64,000 nt of DNA from a virus (IMGVR_UViG_3300020733_000010:64001-128000); one strand, 5' to 3'. Shown: positions 43,500 through 55,139, counted from the stretch's first letter. Numbers and translations: made by a program. Notes: generated from the sequence alone by a model not told the origin.

Positions 43500-45524
43500 A
43501 TGGCAATTAGACTCTTTAACTCAGTTGGTGGTTACTCAGTAGGCGAAACCCCGATTACCGTAATTTATGCTAACGCTGATATTACAACAGGTAACGTAAC
43601 GGCATCAGCTAACGTATCCGCTGGCAATTTGTTAACTAATAACTTGTTATACGCTAACGGTGTACCTTGGAACTTTTTGCAAGCAGGTGGTTCAAATACA
43701 CAAATTCAGTTTAACAATAACCAATCATTGGGCGGTAGTTCTAACTTTACATTCAATACTGCATCAAATACATTAACAGTATTGGGTACAGCTAACGTTA
43801 CAACATTGATTACAACAGGTAATGCAAACGTAAATGGTAACTTAGGTGTGACTGGTAACGTAACTGCTCCTTACTTTTATGGTAACGTAGTTGGTAACAT
43901 CAGCGGTAACATTGTTATTCCCGGTAACAACACAGACGTTATTTTCAATGACCAAGGTTCAGCAAACTCAAGTGACAACTTTACTTTTAATAAGGCAACA
44001 AACACATTAACTGTTAATGGTAATATTGTTGCAGGTAACATCAGTGGTGCAAACTTAATTTCTGCTAACTATCATGCAGGTACACTAACTACTGCTGCAC
44101 AGCCAAACATCACTAGCGTTGGTACACTAACATCATTGAATGTAAGTGGTACAGCAAACGTTGGTAACTTAACAACCCCTGGTAACTTAACTGTTACTGG
44201 TGTTGTAATTTCAAACTTAGTTCCAGCAGTTGACGCAACATATAATTTGGGTAATAGCACATTACACTGGAACAACGCTTATGTATCCGGTAACATTTTC
44301 TTAGGTACTAGTACAGCATATTTACGTGCAACTGGTGCAACTATCTATATGGATAGTGTTTACACTACAAACAACGGTAGCTTTGGTACATTAACATCAC
44401 GCGGTGATGCAACAATGTCAGCTAACTTGGTTGTTAATGGTAACTTGACAGTTAACGGTACTACAACATATGTTGATTCAACTGTTACTGCGATTGCAGA
44501 CCCAATTATTGATTTGGGCGGTTCAAACGTTACTCCTGGTGCAAACGTATCAGGTGCTGATGGATATGATCGTGGTCTATTCTTACATAACTGGGACAGT
44601 TTAAATCACGTTCCATTGAATCAGTTTATTGGTTGGAAAACTGCTAACAGTGAATTTCAAGTATTGAACAGTGTAGTTGATAGCGCAAACGTTGTTACTG
44701 GTTCATTAGCTAACATACGTGCAAACGTATTGTTTGGTAACTTAACTGGTACTATCCTAACAGCAAGTCAAACAGGTATTACTACATTAGGTACACTAAC
44801 CAACTTGACAATTGCGGGTAATTTACAAGTTAACACAAACGCTAACATCAACTCATTGAAGGCAGGTGGATTGCAATATCCAAGTGGTGATGGTTCTTCT
44901 GGACAGATGTTAGCTACATATGGTAATGGTACCTTGTACTTTACCACAGTCAGTACATCAAGTATCACAAATGGTACAAGTAATGTAACAGTATTGAACA
45001 ATGGTAACGTATTAGTAAGTTCAAGTGGTACTGCAAATGTATTGACAGTTACAAGTACTGGTGCAAACATCGCAGGTACATTGAATGCAACCGGTAACGT
45101 AATTTTACAAAACCCAATCTCAGGTGGAGGTACAACACTTGTCGATACATTAAACGTAACTGCATTCTATGCAGGTAATAGTGCTGCAAGTGCAACATCA
45201 ACTGCTATTCGTTCTTCTACTACTGTAACAAACAGTACAGCATCAAGCCAAATTCTTGCAAAAGTAAGTACAACTGGTGTTCGTGCTGTTGAATATTTTG
45301 TTAAAGGCGAGGATACTACAGGGGGTAAATACAGTGTAGCCACAGTTTCCGCAGTTCATAATGGAGTTTCAGTAGATTACACAGTGTATGGTGCAATAGC
45401 TTACAATAATCAGGCAACTGGTTCTGGTTTATCTGTATCATTATCAGGGGGTATATTATACCTAACGATCACACCTGCAAGTAGTAACCCAACAACTTGG
45501 ACAACACAATATAGAACAATTTAA
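43500..45524 (+). CDS. Virion fibre-family protein, 674 aa
   Basis: N/T/G/S-rich beta repeats with shared N- and C-terminal domains; AAGG RBS. Confidence 0.8.
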   Translation: MAIRLFNSVGGYSVGETPITVIYANADITTGNVTASANVSAGNLLTNNLLYANGVPWNFLQAGGSNTQIQFNNNQSLGGSSNFTFNTASNTLTVLGTANVTTLITTGNANVNGNLGVTGNVTAPYFYGNVVGNISGNIVIPGNNTDVIFNDQGSANSSDNFTFNKATNTLTVNGNIVAGNISGANLISANYHAGTLTTAAQPNITSVGTLTSLNVSGTANVGNLTTPGNLTVTGVVISNLVPAVDATYNLGNSTLHWNNAYVSGNIFLGTSTAYLRATGATIYMDSVYTTNNGSFGTLTSRGDATMSANLVVNGNLTVNGTTTYVDSTVTAIADPIIDLGGSNVTPGANVSGADGYDRGLFLHNWDSLNHVPLNQFIGWKTANSEFQVLNSVVDSANVVTGSLANIRANVLFGNLTGTILTASQTGITTLGTLTNLTIAGNLQVNTNANINSLKAGGLQYPSGDGSSGQMLATYGNGTLYFTTVSTSSITNGTSNVTVLNNGNVLVSSSGTANVLTVTSTGANIAGTLNATGNVILQNPISGGGTTLVDTLNVTAFYAGNSAASATSTAIRSSTTVTNSTASSQILAKVSTTGVRAVEYFVKGEDTTGGKYSVATVSAVHNGVSVDYTVYGAIAYNNQATGSGLSVSLSGGILYLTITPASSNPTTWTTQYRTI

Positions 45525-45550
45525 ACTAGGGCCACATAACGAGATTTTAT

Positions 45551-48500
45551 ATGGCACTACAGAAGTTTAACTCACATCAAGGTTTCTCGGTTGGAGACGA
45601 GGGTGTAATAACCTATGACGTTATTGATAGTAACGCCAACGTTAGTGCCAACAACCTTACTGTATCAAACATTAGTAATTTGGGTCCTGCTGGTAATGTT
45701 GTTATTACTGGCGGTAGTGCAGGATACTACTTAAAGACTGACGGATCTGGTAACTTATCATGGGTAGCACCTCCTAGCGGTGGTGGCATTGCTGGATCAA
45801 ACACACAAATTCAATTTAACGATAGTGGAAGTTTTGGTGCTAGTTCTAGTCTAACTTTCAACAAAGGTACAAACACATTATCAACAGGTAATGCAAACAT
45901 CACTGGTAACATCATTAGTGGTAATGCAAATTTAGGTAACCTAGCATCTAGTAATTATTTCAAGGGTGATGGTAGTTTACTAACAAATATTACTGGTAAT
46001 AATGTTACTGGACAAGTAGCTAACGCATTATTAGCTGGAACTGTTTACACAAACGCACAACCTAACATCACTAGCGTTGGCACATTAACTAGCGCAAACA
46101 TCACCGGTAACTTAACATCAGGTAATGCCAACTTAGGTAACGCTGTAACTGCTAACTACTTCATTGGTAATATCTCTACAGGTAATATCTCAGGTAATCT
46201 ACAGATTACAACAGGTAGTACAACATATGTTCCATTTTTAAACTCAAGTAAGACACTAACTACAAACAGTTTCTTTACATTTGATCCTACTGGTAACAGC
46301 AATCAAGGATTGTTGTCTGTAAATCCATTAGGTGGTGGATTGATTCAAGCAACTGGTATATACGCTACTGGTTTTGCAAACATTAACGGTAATTTATTAG
46401 TCACAAACGGTAATGCAAATATCAGTGGTAACTTAGTTACAGGTAACGCAACATTAGGTAATCTAACAACAAGTAATTATTTTTCAGGTAACGGATATCT
46501 GTTATCAGGCATCACCGGAACTAATGTAACTGGTCAAGTAAGCAATGCATTAATTGCAGGTACAGTCTATACCAATGCACAACCCAACATCACTAGTGTT
46601 GGTACATTAACTAGTGCTAATGTTACAGGTAATCTAACATCAGGTAATGCTAACTTAGGTAATTTAGCAACCGCAAATTTCTTTAGCGGTAATGGTAGCC
46701 TATTGTCTAGCTTAACTGGTGCCAATGTAACTGGTACTGTAGCAAACGCAAATTATTCAACTTTTGCCGGTACTGTACTAACTAACGCCCAACCCAACAT
46801 CACTAGTGTCGGTACATTAACAAGTTTAACAGTTAGTGGAAATGTCACAAGCGGTAATGCTAACTTAGGTAATCTTGCAGTTAGTAACTTCTTTAGTGGT
46901 AACGGATCATTATTAACTAGTTTAACTGGTGCTAACGTAACCGGAATAGTAGCAAACGCAAACTATTCAACTTTTGCCGGTACTGTACTAACTAACTCTC
47001 AACCAAATATTACTAGTGTTGGTACATTGAATGCACTGTCAGTCACTGGGTTAATCAACGCACTAAACACTGGTATCAAAGTTGCTAACATACAAGATAG
47101 TTCAGGTACTATTACTATTCTTACCAAATACAATAGCCAAGCCGGTGATGTAGGTATCTATGGAAACTTAACAGTTGGTACAAGTGGTACGGGTAACGTA
47201 ACTGCCAGTTATTTCTATGGTAATGGTTATAATCTAACCGGTATCAATGGTACAAATATTATTGGTGCAACACCTACTGCAAACTACTCAACATATGCAG
47301 GTACTGTATTAACAAATGCTCAACCTAACATCACTAGCTTAGGTAACTTGACTAGTGCAAATATTGTAGGTAATTTAACATCAGGTAATGCTAACTTAGG
47401 TAATCTAGTAACAGCTAATTACTACACAGGAAACGGATATCTATTATCAGGTATCACAGGTGCAAACGTAACCGGTACCGTAGCAAATGCAAATTATGCG
47501 ACATATGCAGGTACTGTATTAACAAATGCTCAACCTAATATTACAAGTGTTGGAACATTAACTGGATTGACAGTTAACGGAGACACAGTTTTAACAGGTA
47601 ATCTAACTGTTACTGGTAACTTTGAATATGTTAACAGTAACATCACACGACTACAAGATCCTATATTAGAAATGGGCGGGGGCGTAAACGCAGCCGCATT
47701 GACTACAAATGATAACATGGATCGTGGTTTGCAGTTGCACTATTATACAACTACAACAGTCGATGCTTTCATGGGCTGGAAGAACAGTGCCAGTGAATTT
47801 GTATTCGCAAGTAATGCTAATATTGTAAACAACGTTGCAACAATCAATTCATATGGTAACATTCATGCAGGTAATGCTAACTTAGGTAATTTAGTAACTG
47901 CAAACTATCATTCAGGCAACGGGTATCTATTAGCTGGTATAACTGGTGCCAATGTAACTGGTACTGTAGCAAACGCAAATTATTCAACTTTTGCCGGTAC
48001 TGTACTAACAAACGCACAACCAAATATTACAAGTGTAGGTAACTTAACTACTGCTAACGTCACCGGTAACTTAACATCAGGAAATGCTAACTTAGGTAAC
48101 TTAGCAACTGCAAATTATTTCAGCGGTAATGGATACTTGATATCAAGCATTACCGCTGCAAATATTAACGGTCAAGTTGCTAATGCATTATTGGCTGGTA
48201 CGGTCTACACAAACTCACAACCAAACATCACTAGTTTAGGTAACTTGATTAGTGCAAATATTATAGGCAACCTAACTTCAGGTAATGCTAACTTAGGTAA
48301 TCTTGCCGTTGCTAACTACTTCAGTGGTAATGGTAGTCTATTAACTAGTATCACTGGTGGTAACGTTACTGGACAAGTATCTAACGCATTACTAGCTGGA
48401 ACTGTATACACAAACGCACAACCAAATATTACAAGTTTGGGTAATTTGACTAGTGCAAATATTATAGGTAATATCACAAGCGGTAATGCAAACTTAGGTA

Positions 48501-51500
48501 ATCTTGCTGTTGCTAACTTCTTTAGTGGTAACGGATATCTGATTAGTTCAATTACTGCTGCAAATATCAGTGGTCAAGTTGCTAATGCATTACTAGCAGG
48601 TACTGTATACACAAATGCTCAACCAAACATCACTAGTTTAGGAACATTGACTAACTTAATAGTTAGCAACGGTACTGCCTATTCAAACGTGTACGGTAAT
48701 GGAACTATCATTACTAGTGGTAACGTAACTGCTCCATATTTCATTGGTAACATTGTTGGTAACATTGTTGGTAACTTGACTATTTCTGCTGGTGCAAACA
48801 CACAAGTAGTGTTCAATGATAATGGTAATGCCAATGCAAGTGCTAACTTTACTTGGAACAAAGGTACAAATACACTAGCAGTATTGGGCAACATTACACG
48901 TGACAGTAAAAATGTATTAACATTTGCTAGTGCAACAACTGCCCCATCTAACCCAAGAATGGGTGATGAATGGTATAATCAATCTAATGATACAATTTAC
49001 AAATATGTTTATGATGGTACTAGTTACTATTGGGTTGATACTACAAGTGGTTATATCAGTGCTAACACTTCTGCGTTAGGCAACACCTTAGTTCAGCGTG
49101 ACGCAAACGGTAACGTAACCGCGAACTACTTCATTGGTAACGGAAGCCAATTAACTGGTGTAGGTTCTGCAGGAACATTAAGTAACGGAACAAGTAACGT
49201 TAACGCAGGTACATTAAATGGTAACATCACTGTTAGCATCGGCGGAACAGTAAACACAGTAGTCTTCACTACTACCGGTGTTACTGTTGCCGGTAATGTC
49301 ACAGCAGGCAATTTGATTGGACCACATGCTAACGGTAACAGTAACGTTAATATTCCGGCAGCTAACGGTAACATAACTTTGAGCGTAGGTGGTACTGCAA
49401 ACGTTGCAGTTGTCACTACTACAGGGGTAAACATCTCAGGTACATTGAACGTAACTGGGGTGAGTAACCTAGGTCCTAACGGAAACGTTGTAATTACAGG
49501 TGGTAGTTCAGGTCAATATCTGCAAACAAACGGTTCAGGCGGACTAAGTTGGGCTACAATTAGTACAACTAGTATCAGTAATGGTACAAGTAACGTAAGT
49601 GTTCCTGCATCAGGTGGTAACGTCAACACCAGTGTAGGTGGAACTGCAAACGTATTTGTTGTGACAACAACTGGTGTCAACGTTGCTGGTACAATCAACA
49701 GTACAGCTAACGTAATTGGTGGCAACTTAACAACTGCAGGTGTTGTAGTTTCTTCAATCGCTACAGGTACAGCCCCATTAACTGTATCAAGTACAACTCG
49801 TGTTTCTAATTTAAACGTATCATATGCTAACGTAAGCGATTATGGAAACATTGTTGCACAGACTACAGGAACATTCTATCCAGTTATGGTTAGTGGAAGC
49901 ACTAGCGGTAACTATCAAATTGCAAGTAACGCTAACTTATCATTTAACGTAGCAACTAGCAACTTTACGGTTGGTGGTAACGTTATCACTGGCTCAGGCA
50001 GTGGTGGTAATATTACTGGTGCAAACGTAATCTCAGCTAACTCATTTATTGGTGCGTTTGCAAATGGTAACAGTAACGTCAGCTTGCCTGTCGCTAACGG
50101 AAACGTAACAATCAGTGCTGTTGGTAATGCAAACGTAGTTGTAGTTACTGGTACAGGTGTTAACATAGCCGGAACATTAAACGTTACAGGTGTAAGTAAT
50201 TTAGGTCCTAACGGAAACGTTGTAATTACAGGTGGCGTCACAGGACAATATCTACAAACTAACGGCTCAGGTGGTTTATCTTGGTCTACAATTGCATCAG
50301 TTGCAATAAGTAACGGTACAAGTAACGTCACTGCTGGTACATTGAACGGTAACATAACAGTGAGCGTCAGTGGTACTGCTAATACTGTTGTTTTTACAAA
50401 TACAGGTGTAAACGTTGCAGGTTATGTGAATGCTACTGCAAACGTAACCGGTAGTAACTTAACAACTGCTGGTATTGTTGTATCTAGTATTGCTACGGGT
50501 ACTGCACCATTGACGGTATCAAGTACAACTCGTGTTTCTAACTTGAACGTTTCATATGCAAACGTAAGTGATTATGGCGTTGTTACTGCACAAACAACCG
50601 GAACATTCTATCCAGTATTTGTGAATGGTAGCACAACAGGTAACTATGCTCATGCAAGTAATACAAACATAAACGTAAGTATTGCTACTGGTGCATTTAA
50701 TTCAACCCTATTGGGTGGTACATTAACAACTGCTGCCCAACCAAACGTAACAAGTGTTGGCTCATTAACTAGCTTATCAATGGCTGCAAATAGTAATATA
50801 ACATTGAGTGGCAGTTTATCACAAATTTTTGGTGCAAACTTGTTGAGTGGTGCCTATGTAGCAGGCACATTGACTACATCAAGTCAACCAAATATTACTA
50901 GCGTAGGTTCATTATCTAGCTTATCAATGGCTGCAAATAGTAATATAACGTTGAGTGGATCATTGAGTCAAATTTCTGGTGCAAACTTAGTTTCTGCTAC
51001 ATATCATGCTGGTACATTAACTACAGCAGCACAACCTAATATTACAAGTTTGGGCACATTGACAGCACTAAACGTTAATGGAGTAAGCAACGTAGGTCCA
51101 GTTGGAAACTTGATTATTACAGGTGGAACTAGTGGTTATGTATTGACTACAAACGGATCAGGTACATTGTCTTGGACTAACCCTGTAACAGATGTAGTTG
51201 CAGGATCAAATACACAAGTTCAATATAACAATGCTGGAAACTTTGGTGCAAGCGCAAACTTCACATTTAATAACACAAGTAACACATTAACTGTTGATAA
51301 CTTAGTTACAAACGCTAATGCTAATATCGGTGGAAATGGTATCATTTCCGGTGGATATTTGACATTGAGTGGCGGTATTATTGCAGTTTCTGGAACTAGT
51401 GCAGGTATCTTTACTAGCACAACGACTCAAGTTAACATGGCTTTGGCCGGTAATGTCACAATGGGTTCTACTACTGGAAATGTACTAGCCCGTGGTAACT

Positions 51501-51895
51501 TTACAGCCAACACAATTACATCAAATACAACCGTTTCAGCCAACACAATTACATCAAATAACATGGCTGCGAACAGTTTTTACACTAATCGTACACAGAT
51601 ATCGGCTGCTCTCACTACTACTACAGTTATTGACACCTTCCCACTATCTTTGTACAGAACAGCTAAATACACTATAAGAGTGAACAGTGATGCGGGCTAT
51701 CAGTCAATTGAAGCACTATTGGTGCATAATTCAACAGACTCATTTATCACGGTTTACGGAAGTATTTCAACGTCAGGAAGCGATATTGTATTGCTTTCTA
51801 GCGATGTTAGTTTGGGGAATGTGGAATTACTAGCAATTTCTAGTAGCACCGGTACAACAATCAATTTGATAGGAACTTATATAGCAGACACATAA
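45551..51895 (+). CDS. Long repeat fibre protein, 2114 aa
   Basis: About 13 copies of T(V/L)xxxxQPN(I/V)TS repeats, four G.YL.T(D/N)GSG.LSW motifs, a GDEWY..WVD motif and the shared C-terminal domain. Confidence 0.85.
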   Translation: MALQKFNSHQGFSVGDEGVITYDVIDSNANVSANNLTVSNISNLGPAGNVVITGGSAGYYLKTDGSGNLSWVAPPSGGGIAGSNTQIQFNDSGSFGASSSLTFNKGTNTLSTGNANITGNIISGNANLGNLASSNYFKGDGSLLTNITGNNVTGQVANALLAGTVYTNAQPNITSVGTLTSANITGNLTSGNANLGNAVTANYFIGNISTGNISGNLQITTGSTTYVPFLNSSKTLTTNSFFTFDPTGNSNQGLLSVNPLGGGLIQATGIYATGFANINGNLLVTNGNANISGNLVTGNATLGNLTTSNYFSGNGYLLSGITGTNVTGQVSNALIAGTVYTNAQPNITSVGTLTSANVTGNLTSGNANLGNLATANFFSGNGSLLSSLTGANVTGTVANANYSTFAGTVLTNAQPNITSVGTLTSLTVSGNVTSGNANLGNLAVSNFFSGNGSLLTSLTGANVTGIVANANYSTFAGTVLTNSQPNITSVGTLNALSVTGLINALNTGIKVANIQDSSGTITILTKYNSQAGDVGIYGNLTVGTSGTGNVTASYFYGNGYNLTGINGTNIIGATPTANYSTYAGTVLTNAQPNITSLGNLTSANIVGNLTSGNANLGNLVTANYYTGNGYLLSGITGANVTGTVANANYATYAGTVLTNAQPNITSVGTLTGLTVNGDTVLTGNLTVTGNFEYVNSNITRLQDPILEMGGGVNAAALTTNDNMDRGLQLHYYTTTTVDAFMGWKNSASEFVFASNANIVNNVATINSYGNIHAGNANLGNLVTANYHSGNGYLLAGITGANVTGTVANANYSTFAGTVLTNAQPNITSVGNLTTANVTGNLTSGNANLGNLATANYFSGNGYLISSITAANINGQVANALLAGTVYTNSQPNITSLGNLISANIIGNLTSGNANLGNLAVANYFSGNGSLLTSITGGNVTGQVSNALLAGTVYTNAQPNITSLGNLTSANIIGNITSGNANLGNLAVANFFSGNGYLISSITAANISGQVANALLAGTVYTNAQPNITSLGTLTNLIVSNGTAYSNVYGNGTIITSGNVTAPYFIGNIVGNIVGNLTISAGANTQVVFNDNGNANASANFTWNKGTNTLAVLGNITRDSKNVLTFASATTAPSNPRMGDEWYNQSNDTIYKYVYDGTSYYWVDTTSGYISANTSALGNTLVQRDANGNVTANYFIGNGSQLTGVGSAGTLSNGTSNVNAGTLNGNITVSIGGTVNTVVFTTTGVTVAGNVTAGNLIGPHANGNSNVNIPAANGNITLSVGGTANVAVVTTTGVNISGTLNVTGVSNLGPNGNVVITGGSSGQYLQTNGSGGLSWATISTTSISNGTSNVSVPASGGNVNTSVGGTANVFVVTTTGVNVAGTINSTANVIGGNLTTAGVVVSSIATGTAPLTVSSTTRVSNLNVSYANVSDYGNIVAQTTGTFYPVMVSGSTSGNYQIASNANLSFNVATSNFTVGGNVITGSGSGGNITGANVISANSFIGAFANGNSNVSLPVANGNVTISAVGNANVVVVTGTGVNIAGTLNVTGVSNLGPNGNVVITGGVTGQYLQTNGSGGLSWSTIASVAISNGTSNVTAGTLNGNITVSVSGTANTVVFTNTGVNVAGYVNATANVTGSNLTTAGIVVSSIATGTAPLTVSSTTRVSNLNVSYANVSDYGVVTAQTTGTFYPVFVNGSTTGNYAHASNTNINVSIATGAFNSTLLGGTLTTAAQPNVTSVGSLTSLSMAANSNITLSGSLSQIFGANLLSGAYVAGTLTTSSQPNITSVGSLSSLSMAANSNITLSGSLSQISGANLVSATYHAGTLTTAAQPNITSLGTLTALNVNGVSNVGPVGNLIITGGTSGYVLTTNGSGTLSWTNPVTDVVAGSNTQVQYNNAGNFGASANFTFNNTSNTLTVDNLVTNANANIGGNGIISGGYLTLSGGIIAVSGTSAGIFTSTTTQVNMALAGNVTMGSTTGNVLARGNFTANTITSNTTVSANTITSNNMAANSFYTNRTQISAALTTTTVIDTFPLSLYRTAKYTIRVNSDAGYQSIEALLVHNSTDSFITVYGSISTSGSDIVLLSSDVSLGNVELLAISSSTGTTINLIGTYIADT

Positions 51896-51913
51896 TGCTA
51901 AAGGAATAAAAAC

Positions 51914-54900
51914 ATGACAACAAAATATTTTAACGTTAAAGTTGGTATAACAACTGGTAATATCACACTAGATGCTGCATCCGGTAATATTACTGCTAGT
52001 AACGCTGCACTTGGTAACATTGCAACTGCTAATTACTTTAGCGGCAACGGTAGTTTACTAACTGCAATCGCTGGATCAAGTGTTACTGGACAAGTTGGTA
52101 ATGCACTGATTGCTGGAACAGTCTACTCAAATGCACAACCTAATATTACAAGCGTTGGTACACTAACAAGTTTAACTGTTACTGGTAACGTATCTGGTGG
52201 AAACTTAACGACAGGTGGTATAGTTAGTGCGACGGGTAACGTATCTGGTGGAAACTTAACGACACTTGGTGCGATTACTGCTATTGGTAATATTTCTGGT
52301 GGAAACTTATCAGGTACATTGATTTCTGGTACATTGAGTACTGCTGCACAACCAAATATTACAAGTACAGGTACACTTACATCACTAACAGTAACTGGTA
52401 ACGTAAGTGCAGGAAATGTAAGTGGTACTTATCTAACTGGTACATTAACTACAGCAAGTCAACCAAATGTAACAAGTTTGGGAACACTAACTAACTTGAT
52501 TGTTAGCAACGGTTCTGCATACTCTAATATTTATGGTAACGGTTCTATCAATACTAGTGGTAATATTTCTGCCCCATACTTCATTGGTAACTTCCAAGGT
52601 AACATCAGCGGTAACATCGTTGTACCTGGCTCAAATACTAACGTATTGTTTAACAATAATGGTAATGCTGGTGCAAGTTCAAACTTCTCTTATAATTACG
52701 GAACAAACATTTTAACATTGACTGGTAACTTAGTTACCGGTAATGCAAACTTAGGTAATTTAGCATATGCTAATTATCATCAAGGTGATGGTAGTTTATT
52801 AACAAATATCACAGGTGGCAATGTAACTGGTCAAGTAGGCAACGCATTGGTTGCGGGTACAGTTTATGGTGCAACACAATCTGCAATTACTAGTGTTGGT
52901 ACACTAACTAGCTTGACGGTAAGCGGAAACATCACCGGTGGTAACATTGATACTGCTGGTGTACTAAACGTACATAATACATTGAATGCAACTGGCACAG
53001 GTACTGGTGCATTGATTGTAACAGGTGGTGCAAGTGTTACTAAAGATTTGTATGTTGGCGGTAACATTTACGTACCAAACTTAATCTCTACAAACTCAAC
53101 AACTCTTGAAGTTCTTGATCCGTTGTTATATTTGTCATCTAACTCAACATATCCATACAGTTATGACATTGGTTTCTATAGTCACTTTACAGGTGGTACT
53201 GGTAATATCTATCAACACACTGGTTTGGTTCGTGACCATGCTGACGGTGCATGGTACTTGTTCAGTAATGCAGCAGAACCAAGTGGCGGTACAGTTGATT
53301 TAGGTAACGCAAACGTAGTATTTGATACATTGAAATTGGGTAACATTGTTGCTACTGGATTTGCAAACGCAGCAAGTGCAAACATTACAGGTAATATTGT
53401 TGCAGGTAATATTAATGGTGGTAACTTAGTTACAGCTAATTATATTAGTGGTAACGGTAGCTTATTGACAGCTATTGCTGGTTCAAGTGTTACGGGTCAA
53501 GTAGGTAATGCAGTAATTGCAGGTACAGTCTATACAGCAGCACAACCTAACATTACAAGTGTAAGCACATCATTCACTGGTTTGACATTTGCTTCAAACG
53601 GCAACATCACAATGAGTGGTACATTGAGTCAGTTGAGTGGAGCTAACTTAGTTTCTGCAACATATGTAGCAGGAACATTGACTACAGCAGCACAACCTAA
53701 CGTTACTAGCGTAGGCACACTAACTAGCTTAAGCGTTACTGGTAATGTGACTACTGGTAACGTAAGTGGTACTTATTTAACTGGTACACTAACTACAGCA
53801 AGTCAACCAAATGTAACTAGCTTAGGTACATTGACTGGTTTGAACGTCAATGGTGTAAGTAACGTAGGTCCAGTTGGTAATTTGATTATTACAGGTGGTA
53901 GCTCAGGATACTTATTACAAACTAACGGTTCCGGTGTACTAACTTGGGTAGCACCTCCTTCAACTTCTTCATTAGTTAACGGTACAAGTAATGTCAATAT
54001 TCCATCAAGTGGTGGAAATGTTAATACAAGTGTTGGCGGAACTGCTAACGTATTGGTTGTTACAAGTACTGGTGCTAACGTAACTGGTACAGTTAATGTA
54101 AGTGGCAATGTAATTGCACAAAGTAAATTACTAGTTGGAACAACTTCAACTTCATTGACTAATCCAGTCGCAGTATTTACTGGCTCTGGTGCAACTTATT
54201 CACAATTGTCAATGCAAAATCCAACCGGTACCGGTTCTGCTGATATTTCAGCATATGGTAATAACGGTGACGATACACAGAGTTGGGCAGACATGGGCTT
54301 TACTGGAAACAGTTTCAGTGATGCTAACTATACAGTAACAGCAGCAGGTGATGGTTACTTTTTTGTACAAGGTAATACAAGTTTTGGTGGTAACATGGTT
54401 ATCGCTACTGGTAACACCGGTACTACAAAAGATATTATCTTTGCTACAGGTGGATTCCAAACAGCTAACATCAAAGCAAGATTATATAATGCAAACGGTG
54501 CATTCAGTGTAACAGGCAACATTAATGCAGGTAATGTATCAGGTGGCAACTTAGTTTCTGCTAACTACGTTTCAGGTAACGGTTCATTACTAACATCAAT
54601 TACAGGAGCTAACGTTACTGGTACAGTAAGTGCAGCAACAACAGCAGGAACTGTAACAACAAATGCACAACCTAATATTAATAGTGTTGGTACACTAACA
54701 AGCGTAGCGGTTACAGGCAATGCAACAGTTGGTAACGTTAAGGTTAACGGTGGTATATTAAGTAATAGAAGTAACGTATCAATTCCTGGTACAAGTACTG
54801 ATACAATTATTGATCAATTCCCTACAAGCAGTTTTAGAAGTGCTAAATATTACATCACTGGTAAAGGTACAGACGGATATCAATCTGCTGAAATTTTGCT

Positions 54901-55081
54901 AGTACAAGACGGCACGAACAGTTACATTACAATTTATGGAAGTATCTGTTCAAATGCTACTGCGGATCTATTGAACTTCTCAAGTAACGTTGATGGAGTT
55001 AGTGGAAACGTAAGAGTATATGCAAACTCTGCAAGTGCAAGTACAACGGTTAATTTAATACCAATCTACTTGAACGACTAA
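51914..55081 (+). CDS. Repeat fibre protein, 1055 aa
   Basis: Same repeat vocabulary and the shared C-terminal RSAKY domain. Confidence 0.85.
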   Translation: MTTKYFNVKVGITTGNITLDAASGNITASNAALGNIATANYFSGNGSLLTAIAGSSVTGQVGNALIAGTVYSNAQPNITSVGTLTSLTVTGNVSGGNLTTGGIVSATGNVSGGNLTTLGAITAIGNISGGNLSGTLISGTLSTAAQPNITSTGTLTSLTVTGNVSAGNVSGTYLTGTLTTASQPNVTSLGTLTNLIVSNGSAYSNIYGNGSINTSGNISAPYFIGNFQGNISGNIVVPGSNTNVLFNNNGNAGASSNFSYNYGTNILTLTGNLVTGNANLGNLAYANYHQGDGSLLTNITGGNVTGQVGNALVAGTVYGATQSAITSVGTLTSLTVSGNITGGNIDTAGVLNVHNTLNATGTGTGALIVTGGASVTKDLYVGGNIYVPNLISTNSTTLEVLDPLLYLSSNSTYPYSYDIGFYSHFTGGTGNIYQHTGLVRDHADGAWYLFSNAAEPSGGTVDLGNANVVFDTLKLGNIVATGFANAASANITGNIVAGNINGGNLVTANYISGNGSLLTAIAGSSVTGQVGNAVIAGTVYTAAQPNITSVSTSFTGLTFASNGNITMSGTLSQLSGANLVSATYVAGTLTTAAQPNVTSVGTLTSLSVTGNVTTGNVSGTYLTGTLTTASQPNVTSLGTLTGLNVNGVSNVGPVGNLIITGGSSGYLLQTNGSGVLTWVAPPSTSSLVNGTSNVNIPSSGGNVNTSVGGTANVLVVTSTGANVTGTVNVSGNVIAQSKLLVGTTSTSLTNPVAVFTGSGATYSQLSMQNPTGTGSADISAYGNNGDDTQSWADMGFTGNSFSDANYTVTAAGDGYFFVQGNTSFGGNMVIATGNTGTTKDIIFATGGFQTANIKARLYNANGAFSVTGNINAGNVSGGNLVSANYVSGNGSLLTSITGANVTGTVSAATTAGTVTTNAQPNINSVGTLTSVAVTGNATVGNVKVNGGILSNRSNVSIPGTSTDTIIDQFPTSSFRSAKYYITGKGTDGYQSAEILLVQDGTNSYITIYGSICSNATADLLNFSSNVDGVSGNVRVYANSASASTTVNLIPIYLND

Positions 55082-55084
55082 AAA

Positions 55085-55110
55085 TATAGGGCTGAAAAGC
55101 CCTATAAATA
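55085..55110 (+). promoter_or_regulatory. Hairpin TATAGGGCT-GAAA-AGCCCTATA overlapping an exact T4 late box TATAAATA (55103-55110)
   Basis: Perfect 9-bp stem with a GAAA loop; the 3' arm forms the first half of the promoter box. Confidence 0.65.
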
Positions 55111-55139
55111 CAATTTGATTATACAGGGAATATGGAACT

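Noticed and set aside
46000-49000. CRISPR-like or TIGR-like array suggested by regular ~200-nt periodicity
   Set aside because: The repeats are in-frame coding units of 204/210 nt without unique spacers.
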